A stretch of 64,000 nucleotides of DNA from Chrysomallon squamiferum (GCA_012295275.1 CM022679.1:11408001-11472000); one strand, 5' to 3'; shown: positions 13,340-27,236, numbered from the stretch's first letter. Notes: a model not told the origin generated them from the letters alone. Numbers and translations: made by a program.

Positions 13340-13810
13340 AATGTTAAAGGTAACATCTTGAAAAAACGTTCGAATTCAATTGATCTTATTTACGGAATGG
13401 GCCGATGTTTTCCGAGAGTGATTAATAGCTATCAAAAAGGTATTGAGAACACTTTTATTGTATGCAGTATTTTTAAGATATAAAACTATATTGGTTATAG
13501 CTTTATAATAAATTAGAACGTAAAAACACCTGCCAAATTTCTTTCACGAAGAACCGAGGTAAGATATAATTATTAATTCTGAATCTTTTGCCAATTTCAA
13601 TTTGGAGTTGGAGTGTTAAACTGAAGTAAGTTTGTGACAATTTCCGGATTGAGATTTCTATTACATAGTTACGATGACAGTAACTATAATAATTTTCATA
13701 AAAAGAATTTTAACAAAAAAATAAAATAAAAAATAAATAAATAAAATTCAATTAAATTAAATGTTCAGAGATAACCGGAAAGTTAAGAAAAATGCACGAG
13801 TCGGTTTTGA
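13340..13810 (+). promoter_or_regulatory. CpG-containing promoter / non-coding first exon of the Pro-rich orphan gene
   Basis: Local CpG enrichment, CCGGA(A) ETS-like cores (~13643, ~13775), and a strong donor GAG|GTAAG at 13558/13559 that could splice to the acceptor at 14213 upstream of the ATG at 14233. Confidence 0.5.
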
Positions 13811-14232
13811 AACATTAAACGAAAACTAAAAAGTAAAATATTTTTTATTTGTAACATCAGCTCCATTAGGCTTGATTAGGCCTGAGAATGATTGAATTAG
13901 AATTAAAAATCACTTAATTTCTTTCGTTCTTTTTATTTTATTTTATTTTATTGTTATTATTTTTTTCAGTTTCTTTTTTGGTGATGTAGAAATTTTAAAA
14001 CCGGTAATTATTAATTCTAATATAATATGGTAACAAAATAAAATGTTTGGTTGAATGTTTTATTATTGTCACCTCTTACTCTGAAATGCACAGGAGAAAA
14101 TTTGACTTACTGACATTGCAGACTTTGAAATTAATTACTGACAGTGAAGACAAATTAGCAAAAATGAATAATTAATTATAGTTGACAGTTACTTTGTTTA
14201 TATATTTATTAGAGTTTTGATGTGTCATAAGA

Positions 14233-16088
14233 ATGGGGAAAAGTTCAAGTTCTAGTTCATCAGATTCATCAGATTATGAGTGGAAACATCTTCCCAAGAA
14301 GGAGAAAAAACGTCTTAAGAAGTTGAAGAAAAAAGCTAAGAAATCTGTAAGTAAAAACATTGTTTATTTTCAGGTTAAATATTTTATTTGTAAATTAATT
14401 TTTAATTATATATATATATATAATCACAACTGCTTCTTACTACATGGTAATAATAATAATAATATAAAAACAATCAAAAGCAATAAAAACATAAAACTAA
14501 TGACAACACTGGGTAGTAAAACCATAAAACCAATCACAATGTTTTTTCAGCATTTGATGAACAGTTTTAGTTAGCTTAATAGTTACGATCTGTTTGTATT
14601 TCATGGCTGACTGGCTAACTATAATTGTAGAGTAAGATTGAAAAACAAATGGCTATACACAACATTAATAAAATTGTTATTATTTTACTGCTTCAATAAT
14701 TAATATTAATTTAATTTTGACGATTTTTATTATTTGTGCTGAGTGTTCTTTTAAAAATTATTGTTTGGCAAATGATTAGAAGGAAAGAAAGAAAAAAGAC
14801 AGAACTAATAAAAATTAAAAATTGTAAACCTTTTTCTTTTCAGGGTGTTTACTATAGAGGTTGTGTTGGACCTGTAAGTATTAAGCATTTGTCTTTGAAA
14901 AGTATTGATAAAACTGTTGCAAGTAATCTTTAAACTGTGTGTAAAACTTATCAGTTAAGAAAGGGATAGAGACTGTATATATTTTTCATATTTGCCTCCA
15001 AAAGAGATAAACTGTTATGTGTGTCCTTTCTTCAGTCTTTAAAATGGATTTAACAATATTAAATATATTTGTTATTCCGCTATGTTAATAAAATCCTAAA
15101 TTAAATTATTTTTCAGCAAGGGTATGTTCCTGGGTTTCCAGCCCCTCACTTAGAATATGAGAAACATGGAAAGCACGGAAAGCATGGAAAACATGGCAAA
15201 CATGACAAACATGACAAACATGACAAACATGTGGCTTACCCTCCAGCAACAGGCTATGGTGTTCCTCCTAATCCTGCATACCCACCCACTGGGCAAGGAT
15301 ATGCTCCACCACCTGCTGGATATCAGGCACCTCCACATGGTGGTGGCTACCCAGCATCACAGCAACCACCACCATATGGACAGGGTAGATATATTTGTTG
15401 TGAAAATCTTAGTAACATATGTAGTATAATTCAAACTTACAACTGTTTCGTTCAGTATATAATTATATATGAGGCAGTGAAGAAGAGTCATTTTTTTTTT
15501 CTATCCTTACAATTCATTTTCTTTTAATGTCTTAATCTAGAAAAGCTTGATTTTGCAAAGAAAAAACTGTTAAATACTTATTTAATTTAATTTTTTATTT
15601 ATTTTTTGTTTTGACATATAAATGTAGTAAAAATGTTTTTCTATTGTCTGACATTTTAAATTTTATTTTCAGTTCCACCTCCTGGTTCCTATCCACCACC
15701 ACAGCAAGGAGGATATCCACCTCCACAAGCAGGGTACCCACCTCCACAAGGAGGATACCCACCACAACAGGGAGGATATCCTCCTCCTCCTCCTCAGTCA
15801 AGTAAGTTTTATTGTAATGAATATTTGTATTGTACATTAGTTAAAAAATTTTTTAAAAATGTCAAATGAAAAAGGTTTATCTAAATCAGAATATATTAAA
15901 ATCCTAGAATTTTTTTACAAAATAGACAATCTCCAATAATATTAATAATATAATTTACATAATAAAAATTGTTCAGGAAACCCAACCAAGTTCTGTTTTG
16001 GGACATCCTTTCATTTATGGGTTTGATGGTTGTTTCTGAAGTACATTTTTTTATTTCAGATTATCCAAGTGGACCTCCTCATTACTAA
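14233..16088 (+). CDS. Uncharacterised 189-aa Ser-rich/basic, His-Lys repeat, Pro-Gly-Tyr-Gln-rich protein. Exons 14233-14346, 14844-14873, 15117-15384, 15673-15801, 16060-16088
   Basis: Five GT-AG exons join in frame (570 nt incl. TAA): MGKSSSSSSSDSSDYEWKHLPKKEKKRLKKLKKKAKKS-GVYYRGCVGP-QGYVPGFPAPHLEYE(KHG)4(KHD)3KHVAYPP...QQPPPYGQ-VPPPGSYPPPQQGGYPPPQAGYPPPQGGYPPQQGGYPPPPPQS-NYPSGPPHY*. Confidence 0.88.
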
Positions 16089-17399
16089 ACAGGTGTTTTC
16101 ACACATGTAAAAGAATTCTACATGTTGATGTGTTCAGCAGTTTTTTCACTTGTGACATATTTACCTTAATTGATATGATATATTTAGTTAAATATATATC
16201 TTTGAACCTATTACTTTTTAATTCCATTGATGAATTTATAAATGTGATTAAGTTACCCATTTTCATCAGTTATAACATTTACACAAAAATAATGAAGATT
16301 ACTTTCACATGTACATGGAAATATTTATTAATATTTGATTCTTATTTAGTAATAAAAAATTTGTGGTGCTTTTATGGCATAATTGATGTGGCATCTTTGT
16401 AACAAATCAGTGTTTATATGGCATTAATATATGTTATGCTGTATATATCCTGTGATTAATTGCCTTACCTTAATTTGTTTATTGTCTGGTGAAGGATATA
16501 TATTTTTGTTATTTTTATTTTATTTTTTGTTTAAATTTGTTTATGGGGCTTTTTGTCTTCAGTTTTTGATTTGTTAATTTTGAATATACTATTGTAAATG
16601 CATTTGTATATTGAAATGAAATATATTTATATTTCAAAAAGTTTATACTTTTATCTAATAATGTAAATATAATTTTTAAAACAATTTTGTCACATATTTA
16701 TTGTCAGTTATTATTCAACTTTGAATGATTTAAATTGAATCTATTATTTATATACTCGTGAAATGATTATTTTATGACTTTCATTATTAGGAAAATCAAG
16801 TGTAATATTATAGAATAAAGTATAAATTTTCAAACCAATTTGACATGTATTCTTTTTATTCTTTCTAAATTTAGTTGTTATATATTATGAATACTGTATT
16901 CAACAGTTTTAATACATTAAATTTCTGAAATTAATCCATCCTTAGCCATAAATAAAAAAAATTGGCAAAGATTTTAAAATAATATAAAATAATCAAGTTT
17001 GTGACGTTCAGAGATGGAGTGGCCCAAAGTGCTGGTATGTCATTTATGAAATAACAGAAGAAAACAAAAATATTGCACAAATTTTGAGATTTAAATAAGG
17101 CTTAAAATATTTGCTTTTATTTGATTCCTTTGACTACATTTTGGAATTAGGCTAGTTTATCAAACTGAAGATAAATATTGTCCTTTTAGCAGGCATCATT
17201 ATAGAGAAACAGCAACTGCCATTATTTGTTGGCAATGAATTGGATTAAATAAACCTTATTTGGTGTTCTCTTTTATCTTGTTTTCTGCATAATTATTTAC
17301 TGATTTTGCAGTAATATTTGTTGATATAATATTTTCTACTTATTTTATTTAACAGTGTTGCAATAACAGATTCATTACTAGCACGTTTATAGTAGTAGA

Positions 17400-17700
17400 A
17401 AATAAACTCTTGTCCAGACTAAGTCAGTGGTTCATCCAAAGGAGAAAGAAGGCTACCTGTTATACAGGTGGTTGTACATAAGATTTATCTGTTTAGAGAA
17501 CCAGAAGGTAGACAGAATAGGAAGCATATTAATTTGTTTGAAAATGCCCTTGTTTGTATCTGGTCTTGAGATCATACACAAAAGCAGTTGGAAGATGGGT
17601 CTGTGATAGGATGCAGATTTATACCAGCTATGTAACTTGGATTTAATACATTTTGACTGTAGGCATCTGACCTGCAGAGGCCATAGGTTATTAGTATGCA
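17400..17700 (-). mobile_element. Possible decayed LINE reverse-transcriptase fragment
   Basis: Minus-strand frame contains KSASYHRPIFQLL...LSTFWFSKQ, reminiscent of RT 'NYRPISLL' and 'LSxxQFGFR' motifs; heavily degraded. Confidence 0.3.
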
Positions 17701-17968
17701 AGACATTACTTAAGTTGGTAATGTGCCTTGTACTGACCTATAAAATAAGGTTTGATGTTGAGAAATGTTTATGTATACTTTATAGACAAGTGAATTAAGT
17801 AAAAAAATAAATATAATCCTATGTTTTTTCTGCAAAATGTACCTTTTCACTGACTGAAGTACATAAAGAAATGCAAACAGTTTTTTCTAATTTTGAGTGA
17901 CTTTTCAATTTTCAGTAATGTTCTCATTTTTGGTCTTTATCTTTCTTGTTTTGCCAGTAAATACAAAT

Positions 17969-17974
<6 letters not shown>

Positions 17975-18018
<44 letters not shown>
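17975..18018. repeat. (TG)n microsatellite; others at ~39718-39741, ~56819-56870, ~63392-63431
   Basis: Perfect TG runs read directly. Confidence 0.95.
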
Positions 18019-18021
<3 letters not shown>

Positions 18022-18679
18022 ATAAAACTACAACATTACTACTGAAAAACATCAATATATTTTTTCATTAATATTATATATGCATGTTCTAGCCAGTAAG
18101 TATAAATTAAATATAATCAATATCACAACATTAAAATTGAAAATCTTCAGTGGATACTGTGCATATTATATATGCACATGCAGTGTTTGTAAAGTATATT
18201 TAACAGATTTCTAAACAATTTCAAACAATTCCATCAGAGACCCGTTATATAAATATATCTAATTAAAATTCCTAAACTTTTTACTCTTGTCTTAAAAACT
18301 ATTGATTATGATTTTATGGTATTTAAATCAACGGGAATCTGAAATTAAATGAATGGGTCTGAGTAAGAGAAACTGAAAAAGAAGTGCTGTCAAATGCATG
18401 TGAATTTTTTTGGATAATGTATTGTTTGTTTGTTTTTTCTCCAAATATTTTTATTTTACTGTTTTATTTTGATTTATTCTTTTTTTTTCTTTCTTTTTTT
18501 TCACTTAATTTTATTCAGATTTATAAATTTAAAAAAACTATTTTATTCATTGATTTATTTATTTATTTTTTTTTTTTTTTTTTTTCTGCTGATTATATTT
18601 ATATATATTTATTTTTCATTTAATCATTAGCAGATCATCAGTATATGACATTAGAAAGAATTTGTTTTGGTATTTTGAT

Positions 18680-19340
18680 AATGTAAACAAAGGACAGGAT
18701 GATACACATTTCAATATGTTTCAGATCTTATCTTTTTATTTCATTGATTTGTTTAGTAATAAAACAAGGTCAAAGGAGATACATGAAAGAGTCATTAGAA
18801 TCTACCAAAATGAAGCAAAATTATCTTTTGTCAATCATTTATATTACAATGAATTTAAACATATCCTCTGTAAAGTTGACATCCATAAAATGGAAATATT
18901 TACATCATTATGTTCATATAAAGCAATGAAGCATAATATTAAAAGAGAATATGTATACATTACTTAGGTTAAAAAAAAAAAAAAAAACTCAAACTAAGAT
19001 TAAAAAAGACGAAATTGGTTCTACAATTGTAATTACTCTAAAATTTCCACTGCTGTAAATAACAGTTGAAATAAAGGTTTTTCCCTATTCCTAACTGACC
19101 TCAAGGCTCCTGCTAATCTAGCTGTTAAGAGTGCTCATATCTTTTTCTTTACGTTAAGAGTAGGAAAAGAAATGTATATTGTTCTATGTCCCTGTTCATT
19201 TATTGTACAATGATAGATTTAGCTAAGTGGGAAGATGCTGTTAATCTGTTAATAGATAATGGGATACCCAAGGATAATAACCATTCATTATAATGCTTTG
19301 ATCAGACTTTTCACAAATAATAATTATTCCCATATATACC
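18680..19340 (+). mobile_element. Decayed LINE (I/Jockey-like) reverse-transcriptase remnant
   Basis: Collinear degenerate RT motifs: KGQDDTHFNMFQILS...DLFSNK (cf. PGPDxIHxxMLKxL...LFNK), HILCKV (cf. SCLCKL), and near 19258 AATGGGATACCCAAGG (NGIP.G, cf. GVPQGS). Many stops and frameshifts. Confidence 0.4.
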
Positions 19341-20871
19341 TATGGAATAAATAAACATCCATAATTACTGTCTCATTTAAAACCAGTGACCAGTTTATGC
19401 TAATACTAACATATAACAATGAAGGAGAAAGAAAAAACATAAACTGATAAAGGCATGTTTTTATTTTTGATGTACATTTTTTTAATTTGTAAGTATGAGT
19501 GTATGTGCTTAACTATTTCAACAATAGATTTTAATTAATAATTTTATTATTAGAAATAAAGTATTATTTAAAAACAACAAACAAATCAAAACAAAAAGAT
19601 ATACAGATCATATTTAGCTATAAATTTTACTGCAAAAGATATATCCTGACTGAAAGTGAAAGTCACACTCAGTTTTTCTTTTTTTAAATATTCATTTAAA
19701 TAACTGATTTAAATTGTTTCCATGATGCTCTTGTCAGTTTTAATTTGAAAAAAACTAAACATGGATCTATTTTTTTGTATTATTATTATATTTTTGTTTT
19801 CTTTTTAACCTTTCTGCAGTTAATTATCTGTTGGGAAAACTGATAGAACAAAACGTATAGTTTTTATCTGCTAAATGTACATTTAGTATGTTTCTTTTTT
19901 TCAACAATATTTATTAATTAATTATTCTAGTAATATTTGACTAAAATGTATATCTCTTTACAGACTTTGAGAACAATCTTAACAACTTCATGTTCTGTTT
20001 TGTCATTACTGCCTATCTATAGATTACGTTTGAACATATCTATCACAATAAATAATGATGATGATGATAATTCTTCATCAATTTTCTGTTATTTATCTAC
20101 ATCATGTTACACGTAACAGCATATATGTGTCTAAAATCCAGATGTAGGCTTAAATTTTATTTTCAATATTGAGAACTCAGAGCACTTGTGTTTCATATTT
20201 ACTGGAGTAGCAAGAAGAATTTATGATTTGAAGTCAAACAAAGAGTACTGTCACTGAACACTTCAAAGTCCACTTGACCTGATAAATCCACTGACACATT
20301 AACAATAGCAACTGAACAAGAATATCTGGTGCAGGCAGTTCCTGCACTTTCACAGAGTAGACTAGTATGAACTGTAAGATGGTGTATGGCTTATTGATTA
20401 TCTATATAAGTTTATTTATTTATTTATCTAAACCAGAAAACTAAGTATATGGTAATTGTATAACCAGCATACATAAAGCTTGGCCTTTGATACACCAATC
20501 TTGGGTTACCTGTTAGAACTAGAAATATAATCAAAGTTTGGTTGTGACCAAAAGAATTCTGAGTTAAAAAAATGTTTATTTTTTTTCAAATATCAGCTCA
20601 GTTTATTATTATTATTTCGTTTTTAATTCTTAATCAACCCCCTAAATAGATATTAGGAATATAGCTCAAAATTATACCAACAATTTAAAAAAATTGATGA
20701 AGATTTGCATCAGACTACATAAATAAATACTGGCTTTATATTTTTGACATTATCTAATGTCTTTAGGAATGTACAGTACTATTACAGTGTATACTTCATT
20801 ATGTACAGTCTATATCTATTTGTCCGTCTACCAATCTATCTACATATAAACTTGAATTTTAGTGTTTATGC

Positions 20872-21169
20872 CAATCATGGGCAAAATGCGGCCCATGCGG
20901 TTTTCTGAGTGCCCCTCCTATTTTCAAATAGTGTTAATTCAAAATTTATAACATGAGTCTATTTTGTATTTACTAATATACAAAAAACACATGTAATTTT
21001 TTTTATTATAACAGTTCCTGAAGTAAATGAAAATGAAAAATTTCTTATAATAAACTCTATGTAAAAACTCTACATAAAAACAAAATCATCTAAATTAGTA
21101 CCTGTGGCCCATCTGAGGATGAGCCATGTCTCATGTGGCCCACTTGTCGAAAAAGGTTGCCCATTCCTG
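20872..21169. mobile_element. hAT (Charlie-like) MITE
   Basis: Left end CAATCATGGGCAAAATGCGGCCC, right end GGCCC...AAAAAGGTTGCCCATTCCTG (imperfect TIR with ATGGGCAA/TTGCCCAT core), subterminal GGCCC motifs, and a degraded 8-bp TSD (GTTTATGC / GTTTAACA). Confidence 0.7.
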
Positions 21170-21669
21170 GTTTAACAGTTGGTAAAGAAATGAACAATAA
21201 CTGAGATAATTTATAACAGCAGTATATTTTCAGTAATAAGTATTTAATTTATGATACAATCTTTGACACCACAAACCACCATACAGCATGCATGAGATAA
21301 GATATGGCCTATATCAAAACTGCAAGCTTACCTTCACTAATTATAATGGTTATAATTTTATTTTGGTGAAATTTGACAGACCCTAATGTATATAAATAAA
21401 ACGGTTTTTATTTTTAAATGAAATGTATTGATAGAAGCAATAAATATACATTACTTCAGTAGATTCAACTTCTGCAGATGCTTTTGAGAACCATCACACT
21501 TATAACATTTAAATTTTTTATTATTTATTTTATTTATTTTTTTACTTATTATTATTATTACTATTATTATTATTTATTTGTTTTTATTTGTTTATTATTT
21601 ATATTTTTATTTATTTTTATTGTTATTTTTTTTTTTCTTCAGAAAGAAATAGGTGAGAATAATTATTTA

Positions 21670-22110
21670 CTCGGGTAACATTTTTCATCCTACACCGGAG
21701 GAAGTTACCGTACTTTTAGCACCTGTTACAACAGTGTAAGTGTTAGTGTTACGAAGGGAGTGAGCTAATTTTGCTTTTATTATTACTGTTATGAGTTAGG
21801 TTCGTGTTTCATGAAATATTTTGATTATACAGTTCTAATAAATATATGGGGTGGGGTTGTAATGAAAATATTTTACACTCTTATACTCGTCCTAATATAG
21901 TACTTAATAACTTTAAATTAAATAACTATGGGACAACTAGACTTTTGAAGTTTGTTTTTGTTTTAACTCAAAACGAAATTTTTTTAAGAATCTTTTGGAA
22001 CTAGAGGAGCTAATTCGAGTCATTGGTAGATTGTTAAAAACACCGAAGAAAAGTATTCATGTAATCCATATGGATTTTTGTCACAGTCCGTAAACTACGA
22101 TTGATAAATG
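21670..22110 (+). promoter_or_regulatory. CpG-containing promoter / 5'UTR exon of COX18
   Basis: CpG cluster in an otherwise CpG-poor region, CCGGAGGAAGT ETS-like site at ~21695, donor GT|GTAAGT at ~21736, polypyrimidine acceptor ending at 22556. Confidence 0.5.
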
Positions 22111-22598
22111 AACGTTCATCACTTCATGGCTTCTAATTTTCTATTCAGTTTATCTTGTTTATGATAGTCCTGTTTGATAAATTTAGATAATTATAAATAT
22201 AAATATAATTTAATGTGTAATTACTTCCTAAATGAATTAATAATTTAGCCTATATATTGAAACAGGTCTGTTTGCTTTGTTATAACATTGTTTTCAAATA
22301 AGCAATGAATATTTAAAACTACCTTTTCTTTTCCTTTTTTGTGATTGGTTATATAATGTAATTTTTATATATATATATATTATTATTATTATTATGTATA
22401 TCTGTTATTTGTGATAATGACATTAATCTGCTTATTGGTTTATTTTACTGTCAAATTTAACTGAAGAATAGGTTCAAAAATAGTTGTTTTCATACCTATA
22501 TATGCAAATTTTAATAATAATGTTTTTTTTTTTTTTTTGTTTTTTTTTTTTTTCAGATTTTCCTCATGTTTACTTTGATTGGCTAGACATTTTGAAGT

Positions 22599-25463
22599 AT
22601 GTGTAGAGCACTGAAATTTGTGCAGACAACATCTTGCTGCCATGGATGTATATATATGATTCAGACAGTACGAACCATAAGTCACAGGACACAACACACA
22701 TTAAAATATGGGTACACTGTTTTCAGGGGTAAATGCTGTTATAAACCAGAGGCTCAGGTCTCTCATCACAATGCATTCAAATATACTGATTGCTTGAGGA
22801 CTACTTCTTTTGTGAATAATTACCATGATCATTGCACAAGATATCAAAATCTACAACCGTCTCAACAGTCAGTTCATTTACATTGCACTCAAACACATTT
22901 AGCAAGTCACAGGCCTCTTTTAGGACATCATTATTATACTGGTTTGTTACTGACAAACTATAATAACATAAACTGTTCCAACCAAATACGTTACTTCTCC
23001 TCTGAAACCTATTACAGTTATTTCTCACCTGATTTTTTTCCTATTGGATTTGCCCAGAAAGTTCTTGAGCAGGTTCATGATATTACAGGTTTGCCTTGGT
23101 GGGCAAGCATTTTGTTTACAACATTTACTTTAAGGACAATAATTACACTACCTCTAGCTGTTCATGCCATGAAGATAATTGCCAAAGTGGAACTGCTGCA
23201 ACCTGAAGTAAAAGAACTGTCAAATGAACTGAAGAAAGAGGTGGCCATGGCTGTAAAGAAATTTGGTTGGTCACAGCCAAAAGCTAGGCTAAAATACAAT
23301 GTGACAGTAAGGACAAAATTATATTTATGTAAATATTCCAAATTAAGAAATTATGGAATCCTACACCAAACATAAAAATTGGGTTTCTTATAAGACATTA
23401 ATTAGTATCAGTAGTGATGAGGTTAATTGGAATACGTTTCTTCGTTTTGTCAGAAAGTTCTTACTGTATATTCTGTTTTTTTAGTGGTGCATATGGTTCA
23501 TAAAGGCTAATAGAACACACCCTATGAAAAAATACTTGATTAGTTTATTTTAACTAAACATTTCCTTGCACTTCTGATTTTCAGATGAAAAAGCTGGTAA
23601 AAGATCTCTATGTACGAGATAATTGTCATCCCATGAAAGCATCTGTATTAGCCTTGGTACAGTTGCCTATGTGGTTCTGTCTGTCATTTGCTTTGAGAAA
23701 CATGAGTGGTGCTGTTCCAGTTGCAGGCCTGGGTTGGTACATTCTTTTTTTTTACTTTCTAATTTTCTCTATATATCAAAAGTATCTTTTGTCAAACTCT
23801 GTTGTTCACATTATTTTTCAACCAGTGGATATGTTATTACAAGTTCATATGATACATACCACTCAATAAGTTTTATGAGTTTATTTAAAACTAAGACCCT
23901 GCACCACTTAGAGAAATCACATTAAGTGCAAGGAATTTTATATTTAATAAGCTGTTTTAGTGATATGGTATTTATTATGAGGATAGCTACTATTGTTATT
24001 TAATTAGGTCTTGAATTTTTGGAATACAAATGGCTTAATATAGTTATGAACATATTTCAGTTTTACCAGTCTTGTGTCCAAGCTTAATAACAGAAGGTGC
24101 TTTATGGTTCACCAACCTCACTGTTCCAGACCCTACCTGGATTATTCCAATTTCCATGGGTGTCTTTAATTTACTCAATATAGAGGTATATTTAATATTG
24201 ATTAGTACTAAACAGTTTCTTTTTTTAAATAAAAATTTTAAATTCACTTTGTTTATTGTTATTGAAGGAGGTTTTCTATATTAGCTGTGTTTCTTAAATG
24301 AAAAAAGAGAAATAAAAGCATTACAAGTTGTGAAAAAGAGCAACCTTCTGTTACATTATTTAATTTGAAAGAATATCACAAATCTATCATAACCACATGC
24401 ATAACTGTGAAGTGACTAATATATAAGTATAACTGGCAGTTTGTAACTGTTTCTTTTTCAGATCCATGGACTTGAAAGAGAAAACCCCAAAAGAATGCAA
24501 AAGATTGTAACCAATTTTATGAGAGTAATTAGCATTTTAATGATAGGCATTGGAGGACTGGTACCAACTGTAAGTAGCAAGTAGATACATCAACTGTATG
24601 TCACATAATATAAATTTTAAATGTACACTGTATATGTATGTTTTAAATTAAATAATTTTGTAAAAAATATAAAGTATATCTGAGGTGGGTTTTTTTACAT
24701 TCTTGTTTTAAAATTCTTGGATAGTCATACAATCCAAAACTGAATAATTTGACACAATATTCAAAATTCTGAATTATATATGAAATTTGTAATAAAATAA
24801 AAATAATAAGGAATTTGCATTACATATTGCATAGAAAAAAACTGAAATGAAATAGCACATCCTATTAAAAAAAGGGGAAAAAAAGAAATCAAAATACAAT
24901 ATTCACACAATTTACATATTTGTTTTCATAAAAAAAATGTTTTTTTAAATAGTTTACTAGATTTCTCCATCCCTAAAAACCACAAAACACCAATAACTGC
25001 ATCTGTATGTCACTTATATTTTGCTTTCAAATATACAAAAACGATCATTGGACAAAAAATAATGAATTGGTCATTTAGATATGAATTCAGTAAAGAATAT
25101 GGCATTCATATCCAGTAACACATGTGGCAGAGGAAAATAATTTCTCTTCTTAAACAGTAATACATACTGAGTGTTTTCTATTCACTATCCTTCTAACTTG
25201 TTCTAACTTCTGTTTCTTTTAATGTTCATTATCAAATACAAGCTTGTTCTCTTACCTTTGACCAACACTTTAATTTCTGTTTTTAGAGTATGAGTCTGTA
25301 CTGGTCATGTTCAAGTTTGTTTGGTGTTATCCAGACACTTGTATTCAAATCAGTACGTGTCAGAAGAGCTCTTGGAATCCCCAAGACACCAAGAGAAAGT
25401 AGTACACCATTCAGAGATCTTTGGGCAGCAGCAAGGAAGAAATACACATGGAAACGAAACTGA
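22599..25463 (+). CDS. COX18: Cytochrome c oxidase assembly protein COX18 (Oxa1/YidC family; ~421 aa). Exons 22599-23306, 23585-23732, 24061-24185, 24462-24569, 25287-25463
   Basis: Motifs VHDITGLPWWASILFTTFTLRTIITLPLA, LYVRDNCHPMKA...VQLPMW, EGALWFTNLTVPDPTWIIP, SLYWSCSS...GIPKTPRESSTPFRDL match COX18 rather than OXA1L (no long basic ribosome-binding tail). The exon 2/3 junction has an alternative reading (23736/24044). Confidence 0.93.
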
Positions 25464-27236
25464 TATTATGGAGTAATTTCTCTGATTTCAGTTATTGATC
25501 ATCATTACATGTTTGTTTTTTTCTGTGTTTTTTGGTTTATTTGTTTGTTTTGTTTGTTGTTGTTCCTTTTTATTATTATTATTTATTTCACAACTAGCCT
25601 ATTTAAAAAGTATTTTATTGTCCATTGTTTATATGTAAATATGTATTATCAGATGACAAAAGTTGACACATAAATGATAAAGTATATTATTTACATCTGT
25701 AATTATATAGAATATTTCGATTTTATTAACCAAAATACATATTTATTTAAGAGACACACAATTCTGATAACTGATGATATTTTAATTATATAATTGTTTC
25801 AGAGTAATTTTATTTAATATTATTTTTGTATATTTTACACATGATTTTTTCATTTTTCAATGAAGTAAATGTATTGGTTATTTTGGATTTTGTTTGTGTG
25901 TGTGTGTGTGTGTTCAGGGGTATTTGAAATGTTTAAAAGTAGAATGCATTTTATGTAAAATATATGAATGAGTTGAAATAATAAACCCAACATATTATGT
26001 ATACAAAAATGTGATGTTTTTACTAGCAAAATGAAATAAAAGCCACTTATTTTCCATGTAATGTATGTTTGCTGTTGTATTTGATAAATAATTTTTTTAA
26101 ATTTGTGACTCATACATAATTCTCTCTAGCATCTGTTTATTGTCATGGAAGCAAAGATTGCATTGTTTTTCTCAACTGCCTGTTCACAGTATAGACTACA
26201 TGGATCTTTCAAATATAATATTAATATTTTGTGTAAGGATTTTAAATTTTAGTTATTTATAAAAATTTGTTACTTATTAGACAGTGTTGGTAAATCTTCA
26301 TATGTGGGAAATAGTACAAAATTACTCATTCTTAAAACAGACAAAATGATAAGTTTAATTCTATGAATGTGTTTTTCATGATTTGAGGATAACTATTAAA
26401 GCTGGGTTAAAGTTGATACAGTATATTTTATAATAAACATTTTTACATTAATATAAGCTGACTAAATCTGATTTTATAATACTGTTGTATATTGCTGCTT
26501 ACAGTAAGATGGGTTTATTCCATATCGTTTGTAAAAGTACCTTTCCAGACTATATCTAGTAATTGAGATAATTCACTATCGCCAATTATATATATATTGA
26601 CTATAGCGAGATAATAAAATAATGTGAATTAATAACAGCAAATAAAACGAGTCAAAAAAAATCATTTCTCTCTCATGCTCAAAGGTGTCATTTAAAGTAA
26701 TGATTAACATATTTTGATTATCCCAGCTTCTGACAATCTACCTAGTTTTAATTGATGTGGTAACTTATTGCCAGACTTTGCCATTTGTTAGGAAATAATA
26801 TTTCATAATACTGACTTTTTAAATTTTGTTTTAATTACATATATATTTTATATTATTATATATTTTTAAATTTAAAAAGTTTCTTCTTCATCTTCACATG
26901 TAAACCTTTCCATTGTTAATGTCATTATTAAACTTGGTTTAACATGTGTAATAAACTTAAGATAACCTAGTAGTTTAAAATGATGTGGAAATTTGTGTTT
27001 CATGACTTGCTGGAGGAAAAGGAAACCTGAGATGATTGTTTTGCTTTATTTACACTCTTATCTGTACCAGTGACTAGCACTGTATCATTTTCCTGTTTCA
27101 AGATTCACATTACTTGGGTTACTATTCAGCATACTTCTTCATCACTTGATTTAGTTAAGTGCCAGTTATGATGACAAACTCACAAAACTGAGCTTATCAG
27201 GCTTCTTCAAAACAATCATTATTTGGGTGCTTAAAA

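Noticed and set aside
20190-20520. GC-richer segment with splice-like signals on the minus strand upstream of COX18
   Set aside because: No frame gives a recognisable protein; a divergent lncRNA or old repeat cannot be supported from sequence alone.
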